Shown here: positions 8,033-22,200 of the stretch, in pieces
Layout: each line of letters starts with the position of its first letter
Position numbering within the stretch: position 1 is the first letter of the stretch
Origin: an uncultured delta proteobacterium
Lineage (GTDB): Bacteria; Desulfobacterota; Binatia; DP-6
DNA: 64,000 nucleotides
Direction: 5' to 3'
Assembly: GCA_963815115.1 (NCBI GenBank)
Contig: CAWFFN010000005.1
Span: forward strand, 608,001-672,000
Translations under genes and position numbers: made by a program
The notes under the pieces: generated by a model
Database searches by the model: none
What the model was told of the DNA's origin: nothing
What the model saw: only the letters and a program-made list of their open reading frames with translations

Positions 8033-10567
8033 TCACTTCGCGTGGGCGTCGAAGACCCCGTCCCAGTCCGGCGGCGGAGGCGCCGCGGACAGCCGCCGGC
8101 AGCGCTCGAGGTACGTCTGCGCGGGGCCGTCCTCGGGCTGCTCGCGCACCAGGGCCTCGAAGCGGGCAATCGCCTCGTCCCAGGCGCGTGCCCGATACGA
8201 GGCGAGCGCGTCGTCCCAGGATTGCTGCCACGCGTCCGGCGCGTCCCTGCCCAGCACCTCGTGGATCCCCACCGGCCGGCCACGACCGAGCACGCGAACC
8301 CGGTCGATCTCACGACAGGCAAACCGGGAGTCGAGGCACGCCCTCGTCGCCTCCGAGATCAGCAGGGCGGCTCCGTACTGCTTCCCGAGACCCTCCAGCC
8401 GCGACGCCAGGTTCACGGCGTCGCCGCGGGCGTCGTACTCCAGGCGCTGGGCCGTGCCGAAGTTGCCGACGGTCGCCGTGCCCGTGTGGACGCCGACACG
8501 GATGGCGATCGGCGGCGCGCCGCGCGCCGCCCAGCGAGCGTTGAAGGGTGCGAGAGCGTCCAGCATCTCGAGGGCCGCCGCACAGGCATGGGCGGCGTGG
8601 TCGGGCAGCGGCGCCGGCGTGTTCCAGAGCGCCATCACGGCGTCGCCGATGGTCTTCACGACGAGGCCGTGCCGACCCTCGATGACGGCCTCCATGGCGG
8701 CGAAGTATTCCTCCTGGAGCGATCGCAGCGTGGCGGGATCGACCGCCTCGGCCACCCCCGTCGAGCCGCGCATGTCGGAGAACAGGATCGTCACCTCGCG
8801 CTCCGCCGGCGCGAGCGCCTGCGGATCGCGCTCGAAGGCCTCGATGATGGGGCGCGGTGCATAGCGCCCGAGGTCGATGCGCAGCAGCTCGGTGCTGAGC
8901 GCCGACGCAACCGCGCCGAGCAGCGCGAGGTCGGTCGTCGTGTACACGTCGCCGGACCGCATCCGACCGAGCGCGAGGAAGGCCACCAGGCGCTGGCCGC
9001 GACGGATCGGCAGGATGGTGACGATGCCGAGCGCCTCGAAGAGCAGGCGCGCGCTGTCGGGCAGCGAGGGCGCGCCGGGCGTCGCCGCCTCGCCCTGGAG
9101 ATCGATCGGATCCGCGGCGCCGCCGAGGTCTGCGATCAGAGTGTCCTCGAGCGGGGGCGCGGGGCGCCCGCGGGGACGGCCGCCATCGCGCTCGGACGGC
9201 CTGTAGGTGGGGCCGTCCGGCCGGTAGAGGATACACCGCTCGGGCTGCAGCAGGGTGTCGAGACGCTCGCTGGCAAGGTCGAGCAGCTGATCTGCGTTGC
9301 CCGCCTTCCGGAACTCGCGCAGCAGATCGTCGACGCCGTCGCGCAGCGCGACGCGCTGGGCGAAGAAGAGTCGTTCCATGCGCGGGCGCAGCGCGCGTTG
9401 GCCCGGGAGCAGGCCACCGGCCACCACACCCGCCACGAGCAGCTGTCCGAAGCCGGGATCGAGCCCGGACGCGGCGCAGATCCAATTTCCTCCCCGTGGC
9501 ACGACGGTGAGGAGCGCGACGATGAAGAGGAACGAGAGCAAGCTGTAGAGCGCCGTGGCCGCGACCAGTCGGTCGATGTCGAAGAGGTTGAAGCGCACGA
9601 TCGCGATCAGGAAGCTCAGCGGCACGGCGACCAGGGCGACCGATGCGACGTCGTGCCACCACCAGTGCGCGGGGTTCACCCACGCGGCGAGGTTCGCGAC
9701 CAGCGGCGGCAGGATGCCGATCCAGACGCCGCAGGCCACCCACTTGAACTGGCGCCGCCCCACGGGACTCGCCCGGAGCAGGTTGTGCGCCGCCACCGCC
9801 AGGATGGTCGTCATGAAGGCGATGTTGACGCCGAGTCCGGCCGACGCCCCGATCGCGGGCGGCAGCGGTGTGCCGAAGACCCAGGTGAACGCCGTGGGCG
9901 CGAAGGCGGCGAACAGCCACGGCCACCACGGCTGTCGCGCGGGCGCGGTCTCGGTCGGGAAGATCAACGCGGCGCGCAGCCAGAACGGGAACTGGACGAG
10001 CGATGAAAGGGCGAACAGGACCGCCCAGAGATAGGTCTGTATCGGCGGGCCGCCAGGGAAGAGGGTCCAGTTGATCGCGTAGGAGATCGCCGCCAGGAAG
10101 AAGGCGCGTCCGATGGGTTCCTCGGGGACGCGCAGCAGGACGAGCGCCCCCGTGACCGCCATCGTCACGACCAGCGGAACGATCCGCCACGGCGCCACGG
10201 CCCGGGTGAGCGGAAGCCTGACCTCGCCGCTGGTCGCCCCCCGCTCGTAACGAACCGGTACGGCGAGGTCGGCATCCGCTCGCGAGTAGGCGCGGGCCGT
10301 GAAGCCGATGGGACCGACGCCGAGCAGGCTGTCTCCCCCGACGCCGAGGAGCCGGTCGCCGACGGCGAGCCCCGAGTCCTCGGCCGCCATCCCGGGCCAG
10401 AAGCCGCGCACCACCGGCGGCTGCCCCGCAGCCGGCGACGAGACGTAGACGCCCACCCAGGCGAGACGACCGCGAATCAGCTCCTTCAGATGCAGCGCGA
10501 ACGCGAGTGCCCACACCGAGAAGAGCAGGGGCAGGAGGATGCGGTCGAGGGGACGGAGGCGACGCAC
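8033..10567 (-). CDS. Membrane-bound class III adenylate/guanylate cyclase with PDZ-like, multi-TM and GAF-like domains
   Basis: SGLAVGDRLL (PDZ-like), about 8-9 hydrophobic segments, LPIRRGQRLVAFLALG (GAF-like), catalytic ILFSDMRGST / KTIGDAVMA / VNLASRLEG, WDGVF tail. Confidence 0.85.
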   Translation of the reverse strand: MRRLRPLDRILLPLLFSVWALAFALHLKELIRGRLAWVGVYVSSPAAGQPPVVRGFWPGMAAEDSGLAVGDRLLGVGGDSLLGVGPIGFTARAYSRADADLAVPVRYERGATSGEVRLPLTRAVAPWRIVPLVVTMAVTGALVLLRVPEEPIGRAFFLAAISYAINWTLFPGGPPIQTYLWAVLFALSSLVQFPFWLRAALIFPTETAPARQPWWPWLFAAFAPTAFTWVFGTPLPPAIGASAGLGVNIAFMTTILAVAAHNLLRASPVGRRQFKWVACGVWIGILPPLVANLAAWVNPAHWWWHDVASVALVAVPLSFLIAIVRFNLFDIDRLVAATALYSLLSFLFIVALLTVVPRGGNWICAASGLDPGFGQLLVAGVVAGGLLPGQRALRPRMERLFFAQRVALRDGVDDLLREFRKAGNADQLLDLASERLDTLLQPERCILYRPDGPTYRPSERDGGRPRGRPAPPLEDTLIADLGGAADPIDLQGEAATPGAPSLPDSARLLFEALGIVTILPIRRGQRLVAFLALGRMRSGDVYTTTDLALLGAVASALSTELLRIDLGRYAPRPIIEAFERDPQALAPAEREVTILFSDMRGSTGVAEAVDPATLRSLQEEYFAAMEAVIEGRHGLVVKTIGDAVMALWNTPAPLPDHAAHACAAALEMLDALAPFNARWAARGAPPIAIRVGVHTGTATVGNFGTAQRLEYDARGDAVNLASRLEGLGKQYGAALLISEATRACLDSRFACREIDRVRVLGRGRPVGIHEVLGRDAPDAWQQSWDDALASYRARAWDEAIARFEALVREQPEDGPAQTYLERCRRLSAAPPPPDWDGVFDAHAK

Positions 10568-10662
10568 GGAAGTTCAGTTCTATCTTATGCGGCGATGAGC
10601 CAGAAAGGCGTATCTGGTTGACTTCGGGAACTCGCCTCCCATAGCACGGCGCGGGCCTTCGC

Positions 10663-12171
10663 GTGCTGTTCTCGGCGCTCCTCACCACTGTCTCCGCGGT
10701 ACTCTATGGAGCTTGCTTCCCGCCGCTCTCCCTGGCGCCGCTGGTCTGGATCGCCCTCGTGCCGTTCTTCGTCGCGATCACGCGGCACGGACCGGCCGGC
10801 GCCGCGCTGCTCGGCCTGCTGTGGGGGACCGGCATCGGCGTCGCCACGGGGACGTGGTTCCCGGGCATGGTCTCCGGGTACTTCGAGCAGCCCGTGTGGA
10901 TCGGTTGGGCGAGCCTGCCGGCGGTGTCCGCCGCGCACGCGGGCATCTACTGCGCGGCGTTCGCCGGCTGGGTCGCCTGGCTGGCGCCCAGGCGCCTCGC
11001 CTCCCCCTGGGTCGTTGCGCTGGCATGGTGCGGCTACGAGCTCGTGCGGGCGCGGGCCTTCGGTGGCGATCCCTGGGTGCTCTCCGGCTACGCGCTGGTG
11101 CACTGGCCGGCGTTCGTGCAGGTCGCCGATCTGGCCGGTCCCTACGCTCCGGGCGCGCTCGTTGCCGCGGTCAACGCGCTCCTGGCCGCGTGCCTCGTCC
11201 CCGCGCTGCGCGGCCGCCATCCCGCGCGGTCGTTCGTCACGGTGCCGCTGACGTTGGGCCTCGCCCTGGGCTACGGGTGGTGGCGTCTCGGACCGTCCAG
11301 CGATTCCGCGGCCCTCCCCATCGCAGTCGTGCAGAGCGCCGTCGGTCGCGGACTCCGCTGGCGTTCGGAATACCGTGAACGCGGTCTTGCGGAGCATCTT
11401 TCGCTCTCCCGCGAAGCGATGGCCACGCACCCCGTCCTCGTCGTCTGGCCGGAGTACGCCGTCAGCTTCTATCCCCAGGAGCTCACCGTCGAGCGCGAGA
11501 AGCTGATCGACGGGACGCGCGCGCTGGCAGCCGACGTCGTGCTCGGTGCCCCGCACTACGAGTTCACGCCCGCGGGCCGGACGGTGTACCACAACTCCAT
11601 CTTCGTCCTCCGCGGCGGCCGCATGGCCGGACGCTACGACAAGCGCCGCCTGGTCCCGTTCGCCGAGACCACCGGCGACACCGCGTACACGCCGGGCGCC
11701 GGTCCGGCGGTGCTGCCCTCGAACGCCGGCCGGCTCGGCATGCTCCTCTGCTTCGAGGCCATGTCCCCGGAGCTGGCACGCGAGACGGTGGCCGCGGGCG
11801 CCCAGGTGCTGGTCAACCTGTCGAACGACTCGTGGTTCGGCAGCGAGGCGGCCGCACGCCATCACCTCGAGATCGCCACCATGCGCGCGGTCGAGAACCG
11901 CCGCTGGCTGGTGCGTGCCGCGACGACCGGGTACTCGGCGATCGTGGACCCGGGCGGGCGGATGCGGGCGGTGAGCGCGTTCGATCGTCCCGCGGTGCTG
12001 CACGCCGCCGTCGCGCCGAGCGATGTGGTCACGGTGTACCAGCGGGTGGGCGACGTGCCGCTGGCGATCGCGGTGGTGCTGGCCGTCGTGGGGGCGCTGT
12101 GGGTGGGTCGGCGGCGCGAACGTTTGCTCCAACCGGAACAGGAGCCGAGTGGCCCAGGTACTCCTATTTGA
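10663..12171 (+). CDS. lnt: Apolipoprotein N-acyltransferase
   Basis: N-terminal TM helices plus nitrilase triad WPE, YDKRRLVPF, LCFE; NLSNDSWFG; RAVENRRW..RAATTG. Confidence 0.9.
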   Translation: MLFSALLTTVSAVLYGACFPPLSLAPLVWIALVPFFVAITRHGPAGAALLGLLWGTGIGVATGTWFPGMVSGYFEQPVWIGWASLPAVSAAHAGIYCAAFAGWVAWLAPRRLASPWVVALAWCGYELVRARAFGGDPWVLSGYALVHWPAFVQVADLAGPYAPGALVAAVNALLAACLVPALRGRHPARSFVTVPLTLGLALGYGWWRLGPSSDSAALPIAVVQSAVGRGLRWRSEYRERGLAEHLSLSREAMATHPVLVVWPEYAVSFYPQELTVEREKLIDGTRALAADVVLGAPHYEFTPAGRTVYHNSIFVLRGGRMAGRYDKRRLVPFAETTGDTAYTPGAGPAVLPSNAGRLGMLLCFEAMSPELARETVAAGAQVLVNLSNDSWFGSEAAARHHLEIATMRAVENRRWLVRAATTGYSAIVDPGGRMRAVSAFDRPAVLHAAVAPSDVVTVYQRVGDVPLAIAVVLAVVGALWVGRRRERLLQPEQEPSGPGTPI

Positions 12172-13600
12172 CCGACCGCAGGTCCTCGACCCGCCCCCGC
12201 GCAACCGCGAGCCCCTGCCGCAGGCCCTCGACACACGCCGGCTCGACCCCGGTCGCATGTCCGAGCTTGCGCTCCGCGCGCATCAGGAAACCGTTCGCCA
12301 TCGCGAGCAGCCGCCGCCGCGCGCGCCGCCCGACCAGATCGGCCCGCCGCAGCTTCGCGGACGCCGCGTCGAGCTTCTTCTTCACCGCCCGCGGGATGGT
12401 CTGTCCGCCGCACGCCGACGCGATCGCGCCGTCGACGGCGCAGGTCGCGTGAATCCCGAGCGGGGGAAGGGCGTCGTTGGCGCAGATCGTGCCTCGGCAT
12501 ACATCTTCGGTGCAGGGGTCGCCGTCGTCGCACGACGGTGGCTGGCAGCCGGCGCGCGGCGGGAGCGCGGGTGTGGTGGTCGTCGGGGGCGGCGTCGCTG
12601 GTGGCCCTGCCGGGGGCGGCGTCGCCGGGGGTCCTGTCGGGGGCGGCGTCGTTGGTGGTCCGGGGATCGCGCAGGCACTCGTGCACTGATCCCCGTCCGC
12701 CGTGTTGCCGTCGTCGCACTCCTCGCCATCGTCGAGCACACCGTTGCCGCAGAGAAGCGCCGCGCATGCCGCGCCGGTCTGCATCGGGCCGAAGGAGAGG
12801 CTCTCGCTCTCGGAATAGAAGGCGCTCTGGAGGAAACCGAGCGTGACGTTGAAGACCTGGCGGCTGCCCCCACGCGTGCCGCGCCCGTCGACTGCGCGGG
12901 CGGAGACCGGCGCGGGGTTCGTCGCGAGGACGCAGGCGCCGAGATCGCAGTCCGCATCGGCTGCGCAAGACAGACCATAATAGCCATAGTAGCAGGTGTT
13001 GCCGTCCTCGGGCATGCACGGCCCCAGGGCGCAGTCCTGGTCCCACTTGCAAATACCGTCGGTGGGGTACGAGGTCTTCGACGGATCGAACGGCGCGCGT
13101 TCACAGGCGCCATACTCGCAGAATCCATACTCGATGACGGTCGTGACCGACTCGCCGATGAGCGCCTCGGCAACCTTTGCCGAGAGCTTCTGACCGATGA
13201 GCCAGTCTGCGGAAACCTGCACGTCCTCGGCGAGCCGTGGAAGGCCGCCGATGGCACAGTTGGCACACAGGCTGTTCCGGTCGTCGCACACGCAGGCGGG
13301 CAGGGTGAACGTGCAAGCGTCCCGCGCGCCGCACGCGATCGCGATGCTGCCGTCGCGCTTCTTCGCACGGATGACGGCGACCGCCGTGCTCTTCTCACCA
13401 CTCGCGCAGGCCTTCGCGACGGTCTGGCCTGGAGGATCGTCGCGCACGAAGAGCTCCAGGGTCGCCGGCAGCTGGCGGTTGCTCATGAAGAGGCAAGGGT
13501 CGCGCCTCCCCGCTCCAGGAGCTCCCGCGAGGCAGGGGGTGGCGGCGAGGCAGGCGAGCACTGCCGCGCCAAGCTGGGCGGAGATCGATCGCGGAGACAT
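12164..13600 (-). CDS. Secreted cysteine-rich protein with Myxococcus-type cysteine-rich repeat (DUF4215-like) and Pro/Thr linker
   Basis: Signal peptide; CGNGVLDDGEECDDGNTADGDQCTSAC; CDDGDPCTEDVC; basic helical C-terminus. Confidence 0.75.
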   Translation of the reverse strand: MSPRSISAQLGAAVLACLAATPCLAGAPGAGRRDPCLFMSNRQLPATLELFVRDDPPGQTVAKACASGEKSTAVAVIRAKKRDGSIAIACGARDACTFTLPACVCDDRNSLCANCAIGGLPRLAEDVQVSADWLIGQKLSAKVAEALIGESVTTVIEYGFCEYGACERAPFDPSKTSYPTDGICKWDQDCALGPCMPEDGNTCYYGYYGLSCAADADCDLGACVLATNPAPVSARAVDGRGTRGGSRQVFNVTLGFLQSAFYSESESLSFGPMQTGAACAALLCGNGVLDDGEECDDGNTADGDQCTSACAIPGPPTTPPPTGPPATPPPAGPPATPPPTTTTPALPPRAGCQPPSCDDGDPCTEDVCRGTICANDALPPLGIHATCAVDGAIASACGGQTIPRAVKKKLDAASAKLRRADLVGRRARRRLLAMANGFLMRAERKLGHATGVEPACVEGLRQGLAVARGRVEDLRSVK

Positions 13601-13693
13601 CTAGATCTTTTCTTGCCTGTTCCCTGGACTGCTCTACGGCCGTCGGCGGGGGACGGTTTTATAGGCAGACGACGCGCCTGCCCGCAAGCAAAA

Positions 13694-17011
<3,318 letters not shown>

Positions 17012-17029
17012 CTCCGACGGCGTGGAGGG

Positions 17030-17045
17030 AGCAACGGCCGTGCCA
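17030..17045 (-). promoter_or_regulatory. sigma-54 (-24/-12) promoter of the transglutaminase gene
   Basis: Minus strand reads TGGCACG-GCCG-TTGCT, a consensus match, about 19 nt before ATG 17011. Confidence 0.8.
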
Positions 17046-17139
17046 GCGAATCGGCGCGGTGGCCGTGTCGTGCGATCGTTGCAGGGCGGGCCGGTGCCCG
17101 CCAGGCGAGCAGCATCCTCCCGTGCGGGAGGCACCGAGG

Positions 17140-19278
17140 TCAGCGACTCGTGCGCCCGCGCACCTCGAAGTCCACGCCGTCACGCACCGCGCCGTCCGCG
17201 TCGACCAGCTCGAGCACGTGGTGGCCCGCCGTCGGCTCCCACAAGCGCGGCCCATGCGCCGTACCCAGGTCGGCGCCGTCGAGCCGCCAGCGCCACCGCG
17301 ACGCTGCCGACTCGGCCTCGAGGAGCAGCCGCTGGCGCTCCGGCGGGACGTCGGGATCGAGCGCGATCCGGGTGCCCGTCACGGGAGCCTTGATCCGCGG
17401 GCGCTGCGCCAGCGCCGTGCGGTCGCCCGGCGTCTCGGTGCCGGCAAGCACCCATTCGCGCCGCGGCGGCTCGACGTCGTCGGGGAAGGTGACGGTCGTC
17501 GCGACCACCCCCGCGGGTGGAGACGGCGGCTCGCTCGGCACGTCGCGATGGAGGCGCTCCATCAGCTCCATCCAGATCGGTGCCGCGCCGGTCACTCCGC
17601 TGACGTCGCGCATCGGCCGCCCGGAGAAGTTGCCGACCCAGACGCCGGCGGTGAAGCGCCGCGAGAAGCCGACGCACCAGTTGTCTCGCATGTCCTTGCT
17701 GGTGCCGGTCTTCACCGCCGTCCAGAAACGAGTGGCGAGCACGTTCTCGAGTCCGAAGGTCGGACTGCGGCTCTCGCGGTCGGCGAGGACGTCGGCGACG
17801 AGGTAGGCCGTCGAGTCCGCGAAGACGCGGCGCTGCTCCCCGGCAGAAGCGCCCGGCTCGAGCCGGAGCGGGGCGAAGCGGCCTCCGTTCGCGAGCGTGC
17901 GATACGCGGCGACCAGCTCCCACAGGCTCACATCGGCGGAGCCGAGTGCGAGCGAGGGCCCGTAGTAGGCCGCGGGGCGATCCACGCCGGCGAAGCCCAG
18001 CGCGCGCAGGCGGGCCACGAAGGCATCGCCGCCGACGAGCTGGAGCGTTCGCACCGCAGGGGTGTTGAGCGACGCGGCGAGCGCCGTCCGTACCGACACC
18101 AGGCCGCGGAAGGCGTCGTCGTAGTTGCGTGGCCGGTAGAGTCCCTCGGCGACCCCGAGCTCGAGTGGCGCGTCCTCGACCAGCGACCCGGGGGTGAGGA
18201 GCCGCCGCTCGATGGCGACCCCGTAGAGGAAGGGCTTGAGCGCCGAGCCCGGCTGGCGGCGCGCGACGACGCCGTCGACCTGCGACGCCGCGGACAGGTC
18301 GCCGCTGCTGCCGACGTAGGCGAGCACGTCGCCGCTCTCGTTGTCGACCACCAGCACGGCCCCGTCTTCGACGCCGCGCTCGCGCACGGCGAGCAGATTG
18401 CGGCGCAGCGCGGCCAGGGCGTCGCGCTGGATCGACGCGTCGAGCGTGGCGGTGGCCGTCCTGCGCCGGCTGCCCGGCGGCAGCAGGCGTCGCGCCACGT
18501 GCGGCGCGAGCGCTGGCGTGGGCGACGGCACGCGACTCGCCTCCAGCACGCGAGCCACGGCGGCGGTCACGGCCTCGGGCGGTGTCGGGTCGCGGAGCGC
18601 CGCGCGCACGGCGAGCGCTCGCCCGGCGACGGCCGAGCCCGGGGCATTCGGCGCCGCCAGCAGCGCGGCCAGCACCAGCGCCTCGGGACCGGAGACGCCG
18701 TGCGGCGCCTTGCCGAAGAGCCCGTCGGTGGCGGCGCCGACGCCTTCGAGCTCGCCGCGGAAGCTCGCGAGGTTCAGGTACGTCTCGAGGATCTGCTCCT
18801 TCGACCACGTGCGCTCGAGCGCCCAGGCGAGCCGCATCTGCCGCCACTTCTGGCGAAGCGTGCGCGCGCCCGACGGCCGCAAGGCGGGATCGAGCAGCGC
18901 GGCGACCTGCATGGTGATCGTGCTCGCGCCGCGGCGCCGGCCCCCGGTGAGACCATGGGCCACGGCGGCGGCCACGGCTCGCAGATCGACGCCGCCGTGC
19001 TCGGCGAAGCGCCGATCCTCCGCCGCCACCACGGCGGCGCGCAGCGCGGGAGACACCTCGCCGAGCGGAACCCACGGCAGCCGGCGGCGCATGGGATCGA
19101 TGCGGCGCGTGGCGAGCAGCTCGCCGTGTCGGTCGAGGAGGCGGGCATCGGACGGCCGGAAGCCGGCGCGCACGGTGTCGAAGCTCGGCGCCGTGGGCCG
19201 GGTGAGCCCGAGCGCGAGCGCGCCGATCGCCGTCGCGAGCAGCGCACCCCGGGCGAGTCCGCGGGCGCCGCGCCTCAT
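17140..19278 (-). CDS. pbpC: Penicillin-binding protein 1C
   Basis: Transglycosylase [13 protein letters not shown]; transpeptidase SALK, SLN, KTGTS; C-terminal domain; overlaps the alpha-2-macroglobulin stop. Confidence 0.92.
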   Translation of the reverse strand: MRRGARGLARGALLATAIGALALGLTRPTAPSFDTVRAGFRPSDARLLDRHGELLATRRIDPMRRRLPWVPLGEVSPALRAAVVAAEDRRFAEHGGVDLRAVAAAVAHGLTGGRRRGASTITMQVAALLDPALRPSGARTLRQKWRQMRLAWALERTWSKEQILETYLNLASFRGELEGVGAATDGLFGKAPHGVSGPEALVLAALLAAPNAPGSAVAGRALAVRAALRDPTPPEAVTAAVARVLEASRVPSPTPALAPHVARRLLPPGSRRRTATATLDASIQRDALAALRRNLLAVRERGVEDGAVLVVDNESGDVLAYVGSSGDLSAASQVDGVVARRQPGSALKPFLYGVAIERRLLTPGSLVEDAPLELGVAEGLYRPRNYDDAFRGLVSVRTALAASLNTPAVRTLQLVGGDAFVARLRALGFAGVDRPAAYYGPSLALGSADVSLWELVAAYRTLANGGRFAPLRLEPGASAGEQRRVFADSTAYLVADVLADRESRSPTFGLENVLATRFWTAVKTGTSKDMRDNWCVGFSRRFTAGVWVGNFSGRPMRDVSGVTGAAPIWMELMERLHRDVPSEPPSPPAGVVATTVTFPDDVEPPRREWVLAGTETPGDRTALAQRPRIKAPVTGTRIALDPDVPPERQRLLLEAESAASRWRWRLDGADLGTAHGPRLWEPTAGHHVLELVDADGAVRDGVDFEVRGRTSR

Positions 19279-22200
19279 CGCACCTCCAGCGGCGAGTTCG
19301 GCAGCTCCCCGAACGTCTCGGGAGCGTACAGCGCCTCGACCCGCGTCGGAGGGAGCTGGAAGGTGCCCGGCTGGCTCAGCCGGATGACGTACTCCGCGAC
19401 GAAGCGCCCCTTCGGGACGTACTCGTAGTAGGCATGGTAGCTGGCAAACGTGCGCTCGACGAAGGTGGGGGTGAGCTGCGCGAGGTCCTCCGCGTCGCTT
19501 GCGGCGCCGGACCCGATCCCGCTGGCGAGGTGGGAAGCGCCCGCGGGAATGGGATCGTCGACCACCACCCAGCCCATGTCGCTCTGTGCCTCCACCTCGA
19601 GCCTGATCCGCAGGCGGTCGTCACGATGGAGCACGCCGGGCTCGGCGGCCTCGATCGGTTCCACGCGCTTCGTGATGCGGAAGCCGCTGGCCAGCGGCTC
19701 GTGCAGCGGGATGGCGGCACGAGACGAGACGGTGAGCCATGGCCGTCCCGTGCCCGCGTGCTCGATCGACAGCTCCGCCGGGCCGGCCGGCCACGCCAGG
19801 TCGAGCGTGCCGCCCGCCGGGGTCTTCGCCCACGTGACTGCCTCGCGCTCGCCGCCGAGCACGACGGTGGTGAGGCCGGTCACCGGGGTGGCCTCGAACG
19901 CGCGCGTGAAGCGCTCGACGGCGAGCGTGCCCCAGGCGTTCGCCGGTGTGGTGCCCCAGTGCCCGCCGCGCTGGAGCCCGAGCGCGCCGCGCACCAGGCG
20001 GGGCAGCTCGTCGTGCCACGCGCCGGCGTCGGTGAGGAGGAGCGCGAGCCGCCCCGCGTTCACTGCCGGACCCGTCATGAACCACCACAGATCGTCCTGC
20101 GCGGCCGTCGAGAAGCGCAGCGTCGTTCCGGAGAGATCGAGGCGCGCGCGTACGATCTGCTCCGCCTGTGCAAGCCGCGCGGCACGATCGGGGACCCCGG
20201 GCACGCGGCGCAGGATGCTCCACCAGTCGAGCACCGCGGACGTGGGCCAGAGCTCCGGCTCGGCCTCGATGCTCTGGAGGTCGGATGCCTCCGCCCGGCC
20301 GTAGCGCGACAGCGCCTCGAGGGCCGCGAGCTTGCGCAACGGCAGGTCGGGCAGGCGTGAGTCGCGGCGAAGCTTGCCGTCCGCGAAGCGCCGCAGACCT
20401 TGCAGCATGGCGTCGCGCGCGTCGCCGGGCAGCGCCCATCCCGCCGTGCTCGAGAGCGCGAGCACGTAGCTGGTGAGCACCTCGCTGCCCTCGGCCTGGG
20501 TCGGGAAGTACTTGAGGAGCCCATCGCGGTCCTGGAAGGCGGGAAGCGCGGCCGTCACGTCGCGCCAGATCGCCTGGTCGCCCAGCGCGACGGCGCGCGA
20601 GACGCGTTGCTCGAGGCAGGTGAACGGGTAGCGACGCATCCAGTCGCGCACGCCGTCGAGACCGGCGTCGAGGCTCGGTGCCAGGCTCACGGCGACGCCG
20701 CCACGGTCCGCGAGCGCGTCGTCGGGCCGCTGGACCGGGACCGGTGCGCCGTCGGGGGTCCACTGCAGGAGCGTCGCGGCGAGGGTGGTCACCGGTACCG
20801 CTGGCAAGACCTGCTCGGTCACGCGCACGTGGTCGGCGGCGCCACCACGCTCCGCGACCTCGACGTCCCAGGCGAGGCTGGTGGCACCGGCGGGCACGGT
20901 GACGTCCCAGCCCGCGACCGCCGCCTCGCCCGCGGCGAGCGAGAGCGTCTGCGGGGCCAGCGGCTCCGTGAGCCCCGCCACCGTGCCTCGCAGGTCGACG
21001 GTCATCGCGCGATCGGTCGTGTTGCGCACCGTGAGTCCGGCGCGGAAGCGGTCGCCCTCGCGCACCAGCGGCGGCAGTCCGGGAAGCACCATCAGGTCCT
21101 GCGTCGAACGGATCGACGTGCCGCCGCTGCCGAACATCCCCAGACCGGCGGTCGCGATGGCCTCGATGCGGAAGCTGGTGAGCGAGTCGTTGAGCGGGAC
21201 GTCGACGTGCGCCTCGCCGTTCGCGTCGAGCGCCACGCGGCCCTGCCAGAGGAGCAGCGTGTCGAACAGCTCGCGGGTCGGCTGTCGGCCGCCACCGCCG
21301 CCGCCCGGGATCGCCTTCAGGCCGTAGTGCCGCTTGCCGACCACCTCGAGCGTCGCCGTCGCCGTCCGGACGCCGTAGCCGCGGCGGCCCATCATCGCGT
21401 CCAGGACCTTCCAGCTCTGATTCGGCGCGAGCTCGAGGAGACCTTCGTCGACGACCGCCACCGCGATCTCCCCGCCCGCCGCCAGTGGCTTGCCGTCGGC
21501 GTCCTTCACGGCGATGGTCGCGGCGGCATGCTCGCGCGGTCGGTAGACTGGTCGATCGGTCGTCACCGTCACATCGAGCGTGTGGGCACGCCAGCCGACC
21601 TCGATCTCGGCGATCCCGAGCTTGAAGGCAGGCCGTCCGAGATCCACCATCGCGGTCGGCTGGACGTCGCCCACGCGTCCGCGCACCACCAGCACGGAGA
21701 CGAAGACGTTGGGCGCCCACGCCGCCTCGACGGGCAGCTCGATCACCGGCGCCGTTCCCGAAAGGGACACCACGCGCGCGTCCATGACGCCCTCGCGCTC
21801 GAGCGTCACCAGCGCGGTGGCCTCGCGGAACGGCATGCGGACCTGGAAGCGTGCGGTCTCGCCCGGGTCGTAGTGCCGGCGCTCGGGCAACACGTCGATG
21901 CGGTCGGCGTCGCCGGTCTCGAACCACCACTGCTGGCCGCGCGACACCCACACGTCCGTGCTCGCGGCGGCGGTGTGCCCGTCGGGATCGGTGACCGACG
22001 CCTGCAGCACCACGTCGCCGCCGACCGCCGGGCGCCCCGAGCACGCGAAGCGGCCCTGGGGGTCGGTGACGCCGCGGCACAGCTCGCCCACGCGGCGGAC
22101 CTCGGTGGTGTGGTCGTAGGCGTAGAATCCGCCGACCACGCGCTTGCGCGTCGAGGAGGTGCGCCGCTCGAAGACGTCGATCCGGACGGGCGCACCGGCG

